Positions 1-12,067 of a stretch of 57,477 bases of DNA are shown piece after piece. The first letter of the stretch is position 1, and each line of letters opens with the position of its first letter. The notes under the pieces were generated by a model. It did no database searches, was not told where the DNA came from, and saw nothing but the letters and a program-made list of their open reading frames with translations. The translations under genes were made by a program, and so were the position numbers. Source of the DNA: an uncultured Gemmatimonadales bacterium (lineage in GTDB: Bacteria > Gemmatimonadota > Gemmatimonadetes > JACCXV01 > JAHWKZ01); contig CAMYLR010000026.1 in the NCBI GenBank assembly GCA_947259315.1, forward strand, positions 1 through 57,477, written 5' to 3'.

Positions 1-1
1 A

Positions 2-484
2 GTTCTGATCGACGGTGAGGAGCTGTACGCTCGCGGCGATCGTGAGTTGTCGCGTTATCGCAACGAACGGATCGGTTTCGTGTTCCAGTCGTTTCACTTA
101 AACGGCGCTGAAACAGCGCTCGAGAACGTACTCGTGCCGTTCCTCTTTTCCCGTCGCTCGCCAGCGGATCCGGATACGCGCGGGCGAGAGGCGCTCGAAG
201 CGGTGGATCTCAGCGAACAGATCGATCAGCCAGCCGGTACGCTGTCGGCCGGACAGCGGCAGCGCGTCGCGATCGCCCGAGCGCTGGTCAATCGCCCCGA
301 TTTTGTGCTGGCCGACGAGCCAACGGGAAATCTCGATGAGGAAACCGGTGCCGACATCGTAGCTCAACTCGAAGCACTGGCGCGACAAAACGGGTTGGGG
401 GTCGTGATCGTGACCCACGATCCAGCGATTACGGCGATCGCCGATAGGGTCCTCCGATTGGAACTTGGACAGTTGGTCGAATGA
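2..484 (+). CDS. ABC transporter ATP-binding protein, LolD/MacB type (5'-truncated by window edge)
   Basis: Open frame from base 2; [10 protein letters not shown]-loop, [15 protein letters not shown] signature, [10 protein letters not shown] Walker B, VTHD H-loop. Confidence 0.93.
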   Translation, partial: VLIDGEELYARGDRELSRYRNERIGFVFQSFHLNGAETALENVLVPFLFSRRSPADPDTRGREALEAVDLSEQIDQPAGTLSAGQRQRVAIARALVNRPDFVLADEPTGNLDEETGADIVAQLEALARQNGLGVVIVTHDPAITAIADRVLRLELGQLVE

Positions 485-1679
485 GGACAGGCCAAGCGCT
501 AACGCGAGCTGTGCTCAACCTCAGACGCCACGGCGCGCGCAGCGCACTGCTGATTGGCGGCGTGGCGCTCGGCGTGGCGCTGCTCGTCTTCTTGCTGGCG
601 TTTGTGAGCGGCACGCGAAGAGCGCTTCTCGATCGGGTTGTGTCGTCGATTCCGATCACGCACATCGTCGTCGTGCCCAAGGCGTTTTCGCTTTCTGTCT
701 TGCGATTCGAGAGTCCGCTGTCGAACCTGGACGATCAAGCGGCCGAGCGGATCGCAGCGCTGGGCGGTGTCGAGCGCGTCATGCCGATGGCTGGCCTCAA
801 ACTCCCGGCTCAGATGCGAGCCAATTTCTTCGGCCGGGGGTTTGTCACCGACACGGGTGTGTTCGGAATCGAACCCGATCTGGTGGTCGATCAACTCGCG
901 GAGGACGCCGGGTTTGAGGCCGAGGTCTCGGGCGTGATTCCGGCGGTCATCTCGAGTGACTTGATCGACATGTACAACACTGGGTTTGCGAAACAACTTC
1001 CAGCGGTGTGCGCAGAGTGCCGATCAGGATCGTCGGTGTTAGCGATCGCGTGCCACTCGTTGGTGTCAGTCTGCCACTGTCGACCGTGAACCGTTGGAAC
1101 CGCGACCTCGCGGACGAGGAATCGCCCACCTACATCCAACTAAACGTCGTAGCCGAGCGTGCCCAGGACGTGGACGAGATCGCTGACCAGGTCGAGTCGC
1201 TTGGTTACACGGTCGCGACCGGTCGTGAGATCGCCAGCCGAGTTCGCACATTGACGAATATCCTGCAAGCAGCGTTTGGGTTGATCGGGGTGGTCGTCTT
1301 GGTCGTTGCCGGTATCGGGATCGCCAATGCGACAGCCCTGTCGATCATGGAGCGTCGCCATGAGATTGGCGTTTTCCGGTCAGTTGGCGCTAGCCGCAAC
1401 GATATTCGAGTGCTCTTCCTCTGCGAGGCGGCGCTGCTCGGATTGGTGGGGTCGGGGATCGGGGTCGTCGTTGCAATCATGGCGTCGCGGGTCGCGGATC
1501 AGGTGCTTGATCGAGCGCTCCCCGCACTGCCGCTGCTGCCCGAGACGTTCTTCTGGCTTTCGTGGCCGATCGTTATGGCTGGTCTTAGCTTGGGGTTTTT
1601 GGTGAGCGTCGTCGCAGCAGTTTCACCGGCCCTCCGGGCGGCGCGCATGGATCCCGCCCGAGTTCTGAGGACAACTTGA
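481..1679 (+). pseudogene. FtsX/MacB-type ABC permease split by a frameshift/deletion near 995
   Basis: N-half (481-~995) has TM1 and periplasmic domain; C-half in another frame has ERRHEIGVFRSVGA and PALRAARMDP FtsX motifs. Confidence 0.85.
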
Positions 1680-1694
1680 CTCTTTCGTACATGC

Positions 1695-2798
1695 ATGGTC
1701 TACACTCGCCGGTCGCGTAGCACAAAGGTCGCCAAGGCGGTGGCGTCCCGCTATCAGCGTGTCAAGGTGCGCACCGTGCCTCTCTCTCGGCTGGTCGAGT
1801 TCTTGACCGGGACGCCGGACCCGATGGACAAGCGTGGCCGCGACCAGCTGATCGGTCGACGCGAGTGGGAGTCGTACGACACCCGCAAGCGCAATCGAGC
1901 GGTTGGATTCGTCGAACGCACATCGCTCGTGGCGCGACATTCGCTCAAGCCGCCACTCTGCTTCAGCCGCACCCCGAAGAACGAGCTGTTTGACGCCGAT
2001 CACGCAAAAGCGATCAAGAGTCAGAAGCTCATGTTAAGAGCCAAGGATGCTCCGATAACTGTTTTGGTGCCGAAATACATGCTGCCGGTTGGTTCGCTGA
2101 TCGGCATGGTCCCGCGGCTCAAGACGACCCCGACCGAAGATCTAGCGGTCATACTCAACTCACGATTGTTCAATTTCTACTGGCGGTACTTCTATCCGCG
2201 CCAAGCTGGGAAGCCGGCCGTGCCTCCAGTCGAGCGTCTGACTGAGTTCAACGTACCGATGCTGACGAAGACAAACGGTGCTGCGTTCCGAAAGGTGCGG
2301 GACAAGATCCTCAAGCTCGGACGCGAGAACGCGACTCTGTTGGGGAGCGTAGACCAGGTTCAGAAGATCGCCGACGAGGCGGGAATCCAGGTGATCCCGA
2401 TCGGAGAGACCGAAGGTATGATTCGCGAGATCAACGTACCGCGTCCATTGGGTTCGGTGGCAAGCGTAAAGCGGCGCGGTCCGGTGGTGATATTCAGACG
2501 CGGGTCGACGATCGTCACCACGACCGAGGAGGCGGCGACATACTTGGAGTTCTGGCTCGAGCAACGGTTCGACCAACTCGATGGCATGACGCGTGAGGAT
2601 CTGGAGGAGTACGTCCGTATGCCGATGTCGACCGCCCACGTGGTCGAGGTCCTTCAACGCCAGGCTCGGATCGAGTCTCAAATCGAGACCATTCAAAAAC
2701 AGATCGACGAGCTGCAAGTCGAAGCCGACGACCATCTCTACGACTTGTATGCGCTCAACGATAACGAGCGCGCCTACCTGATCTCCGCTTTTCCGTAG
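1695..2798 (+). CDS. Hypothetical protein resembling the TaqI-like C-terminal specificity domain of restriction-modification methyltransferases
   Basis: ILNSRLFNFYWR...LTEFNVP and terminal IDELQVEADDHLYDLYALNDNE resemble type IIG/Eco57I C-termini; no FGG or NPPY motif. Confidence 0.6.
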   Translation: MVYTRRSRSTKVAKAVASRYQRVKVRTVPLSRLVEFLTGTPDPMDKRGRDQLIGRREWESYDTRKRNRAVGFVERTSLVARHSLKPPLCFSRTPKNELFDADHAKAIKSQKLMLRAKDAPITVLVPKYMLPVGSLIGMVPRLKTTPTEDLAVILNSRLFNFYWRYFYPRQAGKPAVPPVERLTEFNVPMLTKTNGAAFRKVRDKILKLGRENATLLGSVDQVQKIADEAGIQVIPIGETEGMIREINVPRPLGSVASVKRRGPVVIFRRGSTIVTTTEEAATYLEFWLEQRFDQLDGMTREDLEEYVRMPMSTAHVVEVLQRQARIESQIETIQKQIDELQVEADDHLYDLYALNDNERAYLISAFP

Positions 2799-2804
2799 TC
2801 CGTC

Positions 2805-3938
2805 ATGAAAGGTCCGCTCACCCTCGGGGTCGAGGAAGAGTATCAGATCTGCGACCCGTCAACTGGTGACCTCGTACCCGCCGTGGACCAGCTGCTCGAG
2901 GCGGCCCCGCGCGAGTTGCGCGATCAGTTGGGATACGAGCTGCTGCACACGGTTCTCGAAGGTGACATTCCCGTCGCGTTGGACGTCGACGAAGCGGTCG
3001 AGAGCGTGCGACAGCTGCGGTGCTCGACTATCGCTCTGGCCGAGGCACAGGGGGTTGCGATCGGTATCGGCGGCGCACACCCCTTCGCAGACTGGCGAGA
3101 TCAAGGATTCGTCGACACCCCGGGCTATCAGTGGGTCGGCCATCAACTCCGATATTTGGCGCTCCGCAACATGTCGTTCGGGCTTCACGTCCATGTCGGC
3201 GTGGAGGACGTCGAAGCGCGCGTGTACATCGCCAATCAACTCCGTCGCTGGTGCGCGCCACTGCTGGCCCTGTCGGCCAACGCGCCCTTCTTCGAGGGCG
3301 TCGATACCGGTTTTCAGACGATCCGCATGCACGTTTTTGGGTCCTTCCCGCGAACCGGTTTCCCGCCCCGGTTTCGAGACTGGGCGCACCACGTGGACGT
3401 GATCGAAGGGCTGGTCGCCTCGGGCGCGATCACCGCTCCGCGGCAAGTGTGGTGGAACGTTCGACCGCATATGACATACGGAACCGTCGAGTTACGGATG
3501 CTCGACATGCAGATCGATCTCGAGCGGGTACGCACGTTTATCGCGCTGTCCCAGGCATTGACAGCGGGTCTGTTGGCAGACTTCGAAGCCGGTCGACCAG
3601 AGTGGAAGCTGGAGCCGGCATACCTCGAGGACGGTTGGTTCAAAGCTCAACGCTTCGATTGGGACGCCGAGATCGCGCATCCCTTGAGTGGTGAAGTTGT
3701 CACCCTACGGCAAGAGATGGAGGCGCTCCGTGACGCCGCTGAGCCGTGGGCGGCGGAGCTCGGCACGACCGCTGCCGCGATCGAAGGCTTGGATCGCATC
3801 CTCGCTGAGGGCCCGGAGACCGATTGGCAGCGCGCCCGATGGGTCGAAGCCGATCATGACCTGCGCCACCTGCAGCGCGAGATCATCGAACGGGTCAAGG
3901 CCGAGGCTCGTTGCGAGCAGTCGGTCTCGCCATCGTGA
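2805..3938 (+). CDS. Carboxylate-amine ligase, YbdK/GCS2 glutamate-cysteine ligase family
   Basis: TLGVEEEYQI, GAHPF, FGLHVHVG, LALSANAPF, WWNVRP, GTVELR motifs. Confidence 0.92.
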   Translation: MKGPLTLGVEEEYQICDPSTGDLVPAVDQLLEAAPRELRDQLGYELLHTVLEGDIPVALDVDEAVESVRQLRCSTIALAEAQGVAIGIGGAHPFADWRDQGFVDTPGYQWVGHQLRYLALRNMSFGLHVHVGVEDVEARVYIANQLRRWCAPLLALSANAPFFEGVDTGFQTIRMHVFGSFPRTGFPPRFRDWAHHVDVIEGLVASGAITAPRQVWWNVRPHMTYGTVELRMLDMQIDLERVRTFIALSQALTAGLLADFEAGRPEWKLEPAYLEDGWFKAQRFDWDAEIAHPLSGEVVTLRQEMEALRDAAEPWAAELGTTAAAIEGLDRILAEGPETDWQRARWVEADHDLRHLQREIIERVKAEARCEQSVSPS

Positions 3939-5359
3939 CAGAGAGCGCCGGCTTTTTGTCGCTGGTTCCTCCGTTGCTGGCGATCACACTGGCGATCATC
4001 AGTCGGCAGGTCTATCCCGCGCTTCTGCTCGGTATCTGGAGCGGATGGCTGATCCTGAGCGCCAACCCGTTGACGGCGGCCGGCGACACGCTCGAGGCGA
4101 TCGCCGGCGTCGTCTCTGACGCCAGCAACGCCAAGCTTATTCTGTTCTCGCTGGCGATCGGGGCGGTCATCACCCTCACCCAGCGATCCGGAGGGGTAGA
4201 AGGGTTCGTGCAGGCGCTGCGGCGCATCGGTGTTGGCAAGACGCGCCGTTCGGCGGGCTTTATGGCGGCGATCGTCGGTACGGTGGTGTTCATCGAGTCG
4301 AACATCACGTCGCTGGTTACCGGCACGGTCGCGCGACCGCTGTTCGACCGGCTGAGGATATCGCGCGCCAAGCTGGCGTATATCTGCGATTCGACGTCGG
4401 CGCCGATCTGTATCCTGGTAGCCGCCAACGCCTGGGGTGCGTACGTGATCGGGCTCCTTGGCGCCCAAGAAGTGGAGAACCCGGTGGCGGCCTTCGTGGC
4501 CGGAATTCCGTTCAACTTCTACGCCATTCTCGCGCTGGCGCTGGTTTACGTCGTTGTGGCGCTCGATTGGAACGTCGGGCCGATGCGCACCGAGGAGGCA
4601 GAAACGGCGGCCTTTGGAAAGACCGCGTCTGAGGGGCCGTCGATGCCGGCCGAAGAGGATTCACTGCTCGATGTGCGGATGAAATCGGGAGCTCCGGCTC
4701 GAGCCATCAACATGATCGTGCCCGTCCTGACGCTGATCTCCATGATGGTGGCCGGTTTGCTCATTACCGGTGACGGCGATCCGCTCAAGGGTGACGGCAA
4801 CACCTCCGTCTTCTGGGCGATCTCGGCCACGATCCTGCTCATGATCGTGCTGTACCGGGCACAAGGAATCCTCTCCGTCGAAGAGGGGACTCGTTACGCG
4901 TTGCGAGGGTTCTCGGGTCTGGTACCGCTGGTCGTGGTGCTCGTGCTGGCGATTGCGCTCGGAGCGACGTGCAACGAATTGGGGACTGGGTTGTACGTGG
5001 CCAGCGTTGTCGAGCGCTTGTTGTCACCGGCACTGGTGCCGGCATTGTTGTTCCTGGCGGGTGCGTTGGTCTCGTTCTCGACCGGCACATCTTGGGGCAC
5101 CTTCGCGATCATGATCCCGATCGGTGTTCCAATGGTCGAGGTGATCGGGCTCCCGCTCCCGCTGGTCCTGGGTGCGGTCCTGTCCGGTGGAATCTTCGGC
5201 GATCACTGTTCGCCGATCTCAGACACGACGATCGTGGCATCGTTGGCGTCGGCGTGTGATCACATCACGCACGTTCGGACGCAGCTGCCGTACGCGTTGA
5301 TGGCGGGCAGTGGGGCGACGATATTGTTTCTCGTAAGTGGTTTCATATCAACTCGTTAG
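3935..5359 (+). CDS. NhaC-family Na+/H+ antiporter or amino-acid transporter
   Basis: SLVPPLLAI, KLAYICDSTSAP, FSTGTSWGTF, GDHCSPISDTT, HVRTQLPY; GTGA overlap with upstream stop. Confidence 0.9.
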   Translation: MTESAGFLSLVPPLLAITLAIISRQVYPALLLGIWSGWLILSANPLTAAGDTLEAIAGVVSDASNAKLILFSLAIGAVITLTQRSGGVEGFVQALRRIGVGKTRRSAGFMAAIVGTVVFIESNITSLVTGTVARPLFDRLRISRAKLAYICDSTSAPICILVAANAWGAYVIGLLGAQEVENPVAAFVAGIPFNFYAILALALVYVVVALDWNVGPMRTEEAETAAFGKTASEGPSMPAEEDSLLDVRMKSGAPARAINMIVPVLTLISMMVAGLLITGDGDPLKGDGNTSVFWAISATILLMIVLYRAQGILSVEEGTRYALRGFSGLVPLVVVLVLAIALGATCNELGTGLYVASVVERLLSPALVPALLFLAGALVSFSTGTSWGTFAIMIPIGVPMVEVIGLPLPLVLGAVLSGGIFGDHCSPISDTTIVASLASACDHITHVRTQLPYALMAGSGATILFLVSGFISTR

Positions 5360-5399
5360 CCCGATGGCTGTCACGCCCGTCGAGAAAACAACAAGCGGT

Positions 5400-5425
5400 G
5401 GAATAAACGCGACCGCGAGGCGGTT
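5400..5425 (+). promoter_or_regulatory. Putative ECF sigma promoter (GGAAT-N18-GTT)
   Basis: GGAAT 5400-5404, 18 nt, GTT 5423-5425, 9 nt before the anti-sigma GTG. Confidence 0.55.
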
Positions 5426-5434
5426 TTTATAAGT

Positions 5435-6139
5435 GTGAAGAATTGTTCTGAAATACGGGGTCTTTGCTACCCTTATCTCGATGGCGAGCTGCCGGTGGAG
5501 CAAGCCGAATGGGTCGAGGTGCACTTGGCGCAATGTCAGGCGTGTGCCGATCGATTTGGCGATGAGGAGCAGTTCTTGGAGCTGGTAGCTGAAGGCGGTC
5601 TGGAAACAGCTCCGGCCGAGTTCCGGGTGCGGATGGAAGCGTTGTTCGGCGCCGAGGAGCAGACCGTCGAGGTCCACCGACTGCGTCAACCGGTGCTCAA
5701 ACGACTGGCCGCGCCGCTGGCCGCTGCCGCGGTGCTGCTCCTGCTAGTGCTGCGACCCGGTGACCAAGTGTCGCCATTGCTGGCTGAGGGTTTCGTCGCG
5801 GATCACGTTCGCCATGCGTCGATCTGGCCGAGTATTGAACCGTTCCCGGCCGATGCTGAAGTCCCGACCGCACCGGCTATTTCGCACGGTCACCTCGAGG
5901 GGCTCAGTCGTTGCACGATCAAAGGCCGCACCTACGCACACTACGTCTACGATGTAGACGGCGGGACGATGTCTGCTTATCTGGCGCTCGATGCTTCGCC
6001 GGCGCCGAATATCGGTACCGCGTCGATCGGGCGCGTGTCGATCGTCACCATCGATACGCGGCCGGGCGAGCCCGCGGCGGTGTTGACGTCGGGCGACATG
6101 TCGGCAGACGAGTTGGTCCAAGCCTGGTCCGGCACCTAA
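5435..6139 (+). CDS. Transmembrane zinc-binding (zf-HC2/ZAS) anti-sigma factor
   Basis: YLDGEL...HLAQCQAC (HxxxCxxC), one TM segment, C-terminal extracytoplasmic domain. Confidence 0.85.
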   Translation: MKNCSEIRGLCYPYLDGELPVEQAEWVEVHLAQCQACADRFGDEEQFLELVAEGGLETAPAEFRVRMEALFGAEEQTVEVHRLRQPVLKRLAAPLAAAAVLLLLVLRPGDQVSPLLAEGFVADHVRHASIWPSIEPFPADAEVPTAPAISHGHLEGLSRCTIKGRTYAHYVYDVDGGTMSAYLALDASPAPNIGTASIGRVSIVTIDTRPGEPAAVLTSGDMSADELVQAWSGT

Positions 6140-8248
<2,109 letters not shown>

Positions 8249-8291
8249 AGGGGGGTACGCAGCCCTCCGAGCCGATCTTATATTGCGGTCC

Positions 8292-8915
8292 ATGGAAACC
8301 AAAGAACCCGCCGAGGAAACCCCCACCGAACCGGCAGAAGAAGCCGCGGCATCGGACGAAGAGACCGCGCCGCAGGCCACCGACAAGCAGGAGCTCACCT
8401 CCGTCCAGCTCCAGGACCTCAAGATGATGCAGGACCGGTTGCTGCGGCTGAGGGCGGAGTTCGACAACTACCGGAAACGCGAGTCGCGCGATAAGCGAGC
8501 TTCTTGGGAGCGCGCCAAGGGCGATCTTCTCAAGAAGCTGCTGCCCTCACTTGACGACCTCCACCGGGTGGCGACACTCAAGCCCGACGAGACAAAGAGC
8601 AACGCGGTCATCGACGGGGTCGTCCTGGTCGAGCGCAACATGCTTGGAGCATTGGGTCTCGACGGTTTGAAGGTAGTCGGCGAACCGGGTGAACCCTTCG
8701 ACCCAAACATCCACGAGGCGATTGGTATGTGGCCGGCGCCTAAACCCGAGCAACAAGGTACGATTGCCGCGGTGACGATGCGCGGTTACCAGTTTGGTCG
8801 TCAACTTCTGCGACCGGCTCAGGTTCAGGTGTACGAAGGGGGAGCCACCGAAGAGGATCTCCCCGACAGCCCGGCCACCGGAGCAGACGCGGCAGGCGCC
8901 GAGGCTACGACCTAA
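8292..8915 (+). CDS. grpE: Nucleotide exchange factor GrpE
   Basis: LRLRAEFDNYRKR, GEPFDPNIHEA, RGY...LLRPAQVQV. Confidence 0.95.
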   Translation: METKEPAEETPTEPAEEAAASDEETAPQATDKQELTSVQLQDLKMMQDRLLRLRAEFDNYRKRESRDKRASWERAKGDLLKKLLPSLDDLHRVATLKPDETKSNAVIDGVVLVERNMLGALGLDGLKVVGEPGEPFDPNIHEAIGMWPAPKPEQQGTIAAVTMRGYQFGRQLLRPAQVQVYEGGATEEDLPDSPATGADAAGAEATT

Positions 8916-8927
8916 AGGCCGGCCGTC

Positions 8928-10043
8928 TTGGCCGCCACCGACTACTACAAGGCGCTCGGCGTTCCCGAGGGAGCGAGCGCCGGCGACATCAAGAAGGCCT
9001 ACCGCAAGCTCGCTCGCCAATTCCATCCCGACGCGAATCCCGGCGACCCGGTTGCCGAGGATCGTTTCAAGGAGATCTCGGCCGCCTATCAGGTGTTGTC
9101 AGATCCTGAAAAACGGCGACAATACGATCAAATGCGGCGCTTCGGCACCGGCATGGGCGGTTTCGGTACCGGCGCGCCTGGCGGTCAGCCCGGTGGCTGG
9201 CAGCGGATCGACCTCGAGGACTTCGGGGGGTTGGGTGGCTTGGGCGGTCTCGGGGACCTGTTCGCGTCGATCTTCGGCGGCGGTGCCGCTCGAACCCGAG
9301 GTCCGGCGGCGAGCCAGCGCCGGAGTGGGCCGGATCGCCACGTCACGGTTGGAGTTTCCTTTCCGGTCGCGGCGCGCGGCGGACAGATCAGCGTCACGTT
9401 GCCACTGGAAGCGGAGTGCCCTGAGTGCAAGGGGAGCGGCGCCGAGCCCGGAACGTCTGCCGAGCCATGCCCGCAGTGCTCGGGTACCGGACAGATCTCG
9501 CTCGTGCAGGGCGGGTTTTCAGTTCAGCGACCCTGTCCGCGCTGTTACGGCCGCGGAGTACTGATCAAAAACCCGTGCCGGGAGTGCGGCGGTGATGGCT
9601 CCGTCACGCGCCGCCGCCGGGTCAAGGTCCGGATCCCAGCCGGTATCGAGGACGGCGAGAAGATCCGCCTGCGCGGGAAGGGGGAACCCGGCGTGTCGGG
9701 CGGTCCGCCAGGAGATCTGTACCTGTCAATCCAGATCAAGCCGGATCGCTTCTTCCGGCGCGACGGACTTGACATCCACTGCACCGTTCCGATCAGTGCG
9801 GTGCAGGCGATGTTGGGGACGCGCATCCGGGTGCGAACGGTGCACGACAAGAAAGTCGAGCTCGCCATCCCGGCTGGTACACAGGGTGGAACGCGCTTCA
9901 AGCTCAAAGGACAGGGTATCACCAAGAGCGGTAAGACCGGCGATCAGTTCGTCGAGATAACGATCACCGTGCCTGAGGAGCTGAGCGACGAGGAGCGGGC
10001 CATGGTCGAGGAGCTCGGCCAGCGATCCAGCTTCAAGGAATGA
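8928..10043 (+). CDS. dnaJ: Chaperone DnaJ
   Basis: J domain with HPD, G/F-rich linker, four CxxCxGxG repeats. Confidence 0.97.
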   Translation: MAATDYYKALGVPEGASAGDIKKAYRKLARQFHPDANPGDPVAEDRFKEISAAYQVLSDPEKRRQYDQMRRFGTGMGGFGTGAPGGQPGGWQRIDLEDFGGLGGLGGLGDLFASIFGGGAARTRGPAASQRRSGPDRHVTVGVSFPVAARGGQISVTLPLEAECPECKGSGAEPGTSAEPCPQCSGTGQISLVQGGFSVQRPCPRCYGRGVLIKNPCRECGGDGSVTRRRRVKVRIPAGIEDGEKIRLRGKGEPGVSGGPPGDLYLSIQIKPDRFFRRDGLDIHCTVPISAVQAMLGTRIRVRTVHDKKVELAIPAGTQGGTRFKLKGQGITKSGKTGDQFVEITITVPEELSDEERAMVEELGQRSSFKE

Positions 10044-10120
10044 ACCGATCGACGATATCTGACGAGCCGAGCCCCATAGTCAGGCACGACTACCAGTGCG
10101 ACGTGTGATCACAAACGCAA

Positions 10121-10783
10121 CTAGTACTCGACGCCCAATGCATCGCACAAGAACCGCTGAAAGGGTCTGGCGGCGCGACAACGCGCGGTGAACTCCGGAA
10201 TCAGCTGGCGTCCGGTCACCGTGCGCTGGTTGAGCTTCGAAACGCCGATGAAGTCTTTGCGCCGCAGGTCCTCGATTAACGGATGATCAGGGTCGACTCC
10301 GACCGGCGCGCGTTTTAGAGAATCCCCCGACAATTCGTAGTGCTGGCGGAAGGTCTTGGCGCCCTTGGCGCGTTTCCAGCGCGTAGGCTCCCGATCGATC
10401 GCTGTTCGGATCTTTTTGAGCGACCCCGAGTCGGGACGCCAGATCCCGCACGCCATCCACGTTCCCTCGGTGTCGATGTGCAGGTAGAAGCCCGGACCGT
10501 GGACATCTTTCGACGTGACGTGCGGAAAGCGGATCCCAACGTACGTCTTGTACGGGCTCTTGTCTTTAGAAAACCGGACGTCGCGGTAGATCCGGAACAG
10601 CGACCCGCCGACCGGTCGCGCGTCAGCCTTGAAGTGCGGGCTGATCTTCTTCAAATGCGGCGCGACGTCGGCGATGAACTCGAGCGCGGGGGCCTTTACG
10701 TGCTCTTCGTAGCGGTCCTTGTTGGCTTTGAACCATTCACGCCGGTTGTTGAGGTCGAGCTCCCTGAGAAAGTCGAGCGTGCG
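10121..10783 (-). pseudogene. DUF2461 (TIGR02453) family protein lacking its start codon
   Basis: [44 protein letters not shown]; 5' end runs straight into sodA sequence. Confidence 0.85.
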
Positions 10784-11364
10784 ACCTCGTCCCAGTTGAC
10801 GACGTTCCACCATGCCGTGACGTAGTCCGGGCGACGATTCTGGTAGTTCAGATAGTAGGCGTGCTCCCACACGTCGACGCCGAGAATCGGTGTTCGGCCT
10901 TGCGACAGCGGCGAATCCTGATTGGGTGTGCCCTCGACGACGAGCTTGCCGCCATCGACCGAAAGCCACCCCCAGCCGCTTCCGAACTGTCCGACCGCAG
11001 CGGCGGACAGCTTTGACTTGAGATCGTCAAAGCTCCCAAATGCACCGGCGATCGCGTCGGCGAGACTGCCGCTGGGTGCACCGCCCCCGTCTGGTGACAT
11101 GATCGTCCAGAACAACGTGTGGTTCGCATGCCCGCCGCCGTTGTTGCGCACCGCTCCCCGGATGTCCTCTGGTACCGCGCTCAGGTCGGCGATCAGCTCC
11201 TCGACGCTCTTTGATTGTAGATCGGGGTGTTTTTCTAGCGCGGCGTTCAGGTTGCCGACGTAGGCGGCGTGGTGACGATCATGATGAATCTCCATCGTCT
11301 GGGCGTCGATGTGGGGCTCGAGCGCGTCAAACGGATACGAGAGAGCAGGAACCTCGTGCGCCAT
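10696..11364 (-). CDS. sodA: Mn/Fe superoxide dismutase; native stop lost, reads through ~28 aa
   Basis: [39 protein letters not shown] then non-homologous tail. Confidence 0.93.
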   Translation of the reverse strand: MAHEVPALSYPFDALEPHIDAQTMEIHHDRHHAAYVGNLNAALEKHPDLQSKSVEELIADLSAVPEDIRGAVRNNGGGHANHTLFWTIMSPDGGGAPSGSLADAIAGAFGSFDDLKSKLSAAAVGQFGSGWGWLSVDGGKLVVEGTPNQDSPLSQGRTPILGVDVWEHAYYLNYQNRRPDYVTAWWNVVNWDEVARSTFSGSSTSTTGVNGSKPTRTATKST

Positions 11365-11466
11365 GAAAGTGTCCTCGTTTGTAGATGTGGACGAGTGATC
11401 GAATGCGATGTGAAACGGTGCGTCAACGTATCACGCACGCCCCGACCGGGCCAATTGCTGCGCTGG

Positions 11467-11496
11467 TTGACACCTGCGGGCGTCAGCCCGTACGTT
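11467..11496 (+). promoter_or_regulatory. sigma70-type promoter of tRNA-Glu
   Basis: TTGACA-N18-TACGTT. Confidence 0.65.
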
Positions 11497-11517
11497 TTTT
11501 CACCTACCGAGGCACGC

Positions 11518-11595
11518 GACCCCATCGTCTAGTCTGGTCTAGGACTCCACCCTTTCAAGGTGGCAACACGGGTTCGAATCCCGTTGGGGTCGCCA
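11518..11595 (+). tRNA. tRNA-Glu (TTC)
   Basis: Acceptor GACCCCA/TGGGGTC, anticodon arm CCACC-CTTTCAA-GGTGG, T arm ACGGG-TTCGAAT-CCCGT, encoded CCA. Confidence 0.97.
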
Positions 11596-11625
11596 TCAAT
11601 GCCAGGGACAAAGGAGGCAACTGCA

Positions 11626-11805
11626 ATGACACTACAGGTCAACTGCGGGAAGGTAAATCCGGAAAGCGGTTGCACGGTCATCGTGCAGGCCGAGACCGAG
11701 GAAGAGCTGATGCAGAAGGTCGCTGTGCACGCGAAAGATCACGGCATAACCGAGGTGACCCCGGAGCTCATGGCGCAAGTCAAAGGAGCGATCGAAGAGG
11801 TCTAG
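11626..11805 (+). CDS. DUF1059-like small metal-binding protein
   Basis: C...GC...AETEEELMQKVAVHAKDH; AAGGAGG RBS. Confidence 0.85.
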   Translation: MTLQVNCGKVNPESGCTVIVQAETEEELMQKVAVHAKDHGITEVTPELMAQVKGAIEEV

Positions 11806-11812
11806 TCCTTCA

Positions 11813-12052
11813 GTGAACGGTTACCCGTCGAGCGGCGGGTTTCGAGTCGATCAGATCGATCATGTCGAGTTGTTCGTACCCCGCCGCAGGGAGGCGGTTG
11901 ACTGGTACCGGCGTGTTTTGGGATTTGGTGTCGTTCCAGAGTACGAGCACTGGTCCCGTGATCCTCGCGGACCGTTGATGATCTCGAGTGATAACGGGAG
12001 CACCAAGCTCGCACTGTTCGAGGGTACGCCGCGGGGGCATCTATCTACGTGA
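11813..12052 (+). pseudogene. VOC/glyoxalase family protein, C-terminally truncated
   Basis: IDHVELFV...AVDWYRRVLG; only one beta-alpha-beta-beta-beta module in 79 aa. Confidence 0.7.
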
Positions 12053-12067
12053 GCGCCTGCTGTCGGG

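Noticed and set aside
10104-10113. Palindrome TGTGATCACA
   Set aside because: Short, between convergent gene ends, no promoter context
10784-10969. N-terminal extension of the 282-aa ORF 10121-10969
   Set aside because: It is an alternative frame of sodA produced by the junction
11518-11595. tRNA-Glu as an integration site of a prophage or island
   Set aside because: No integrase and no duplicate of the tRNA 3' end noticed in the window
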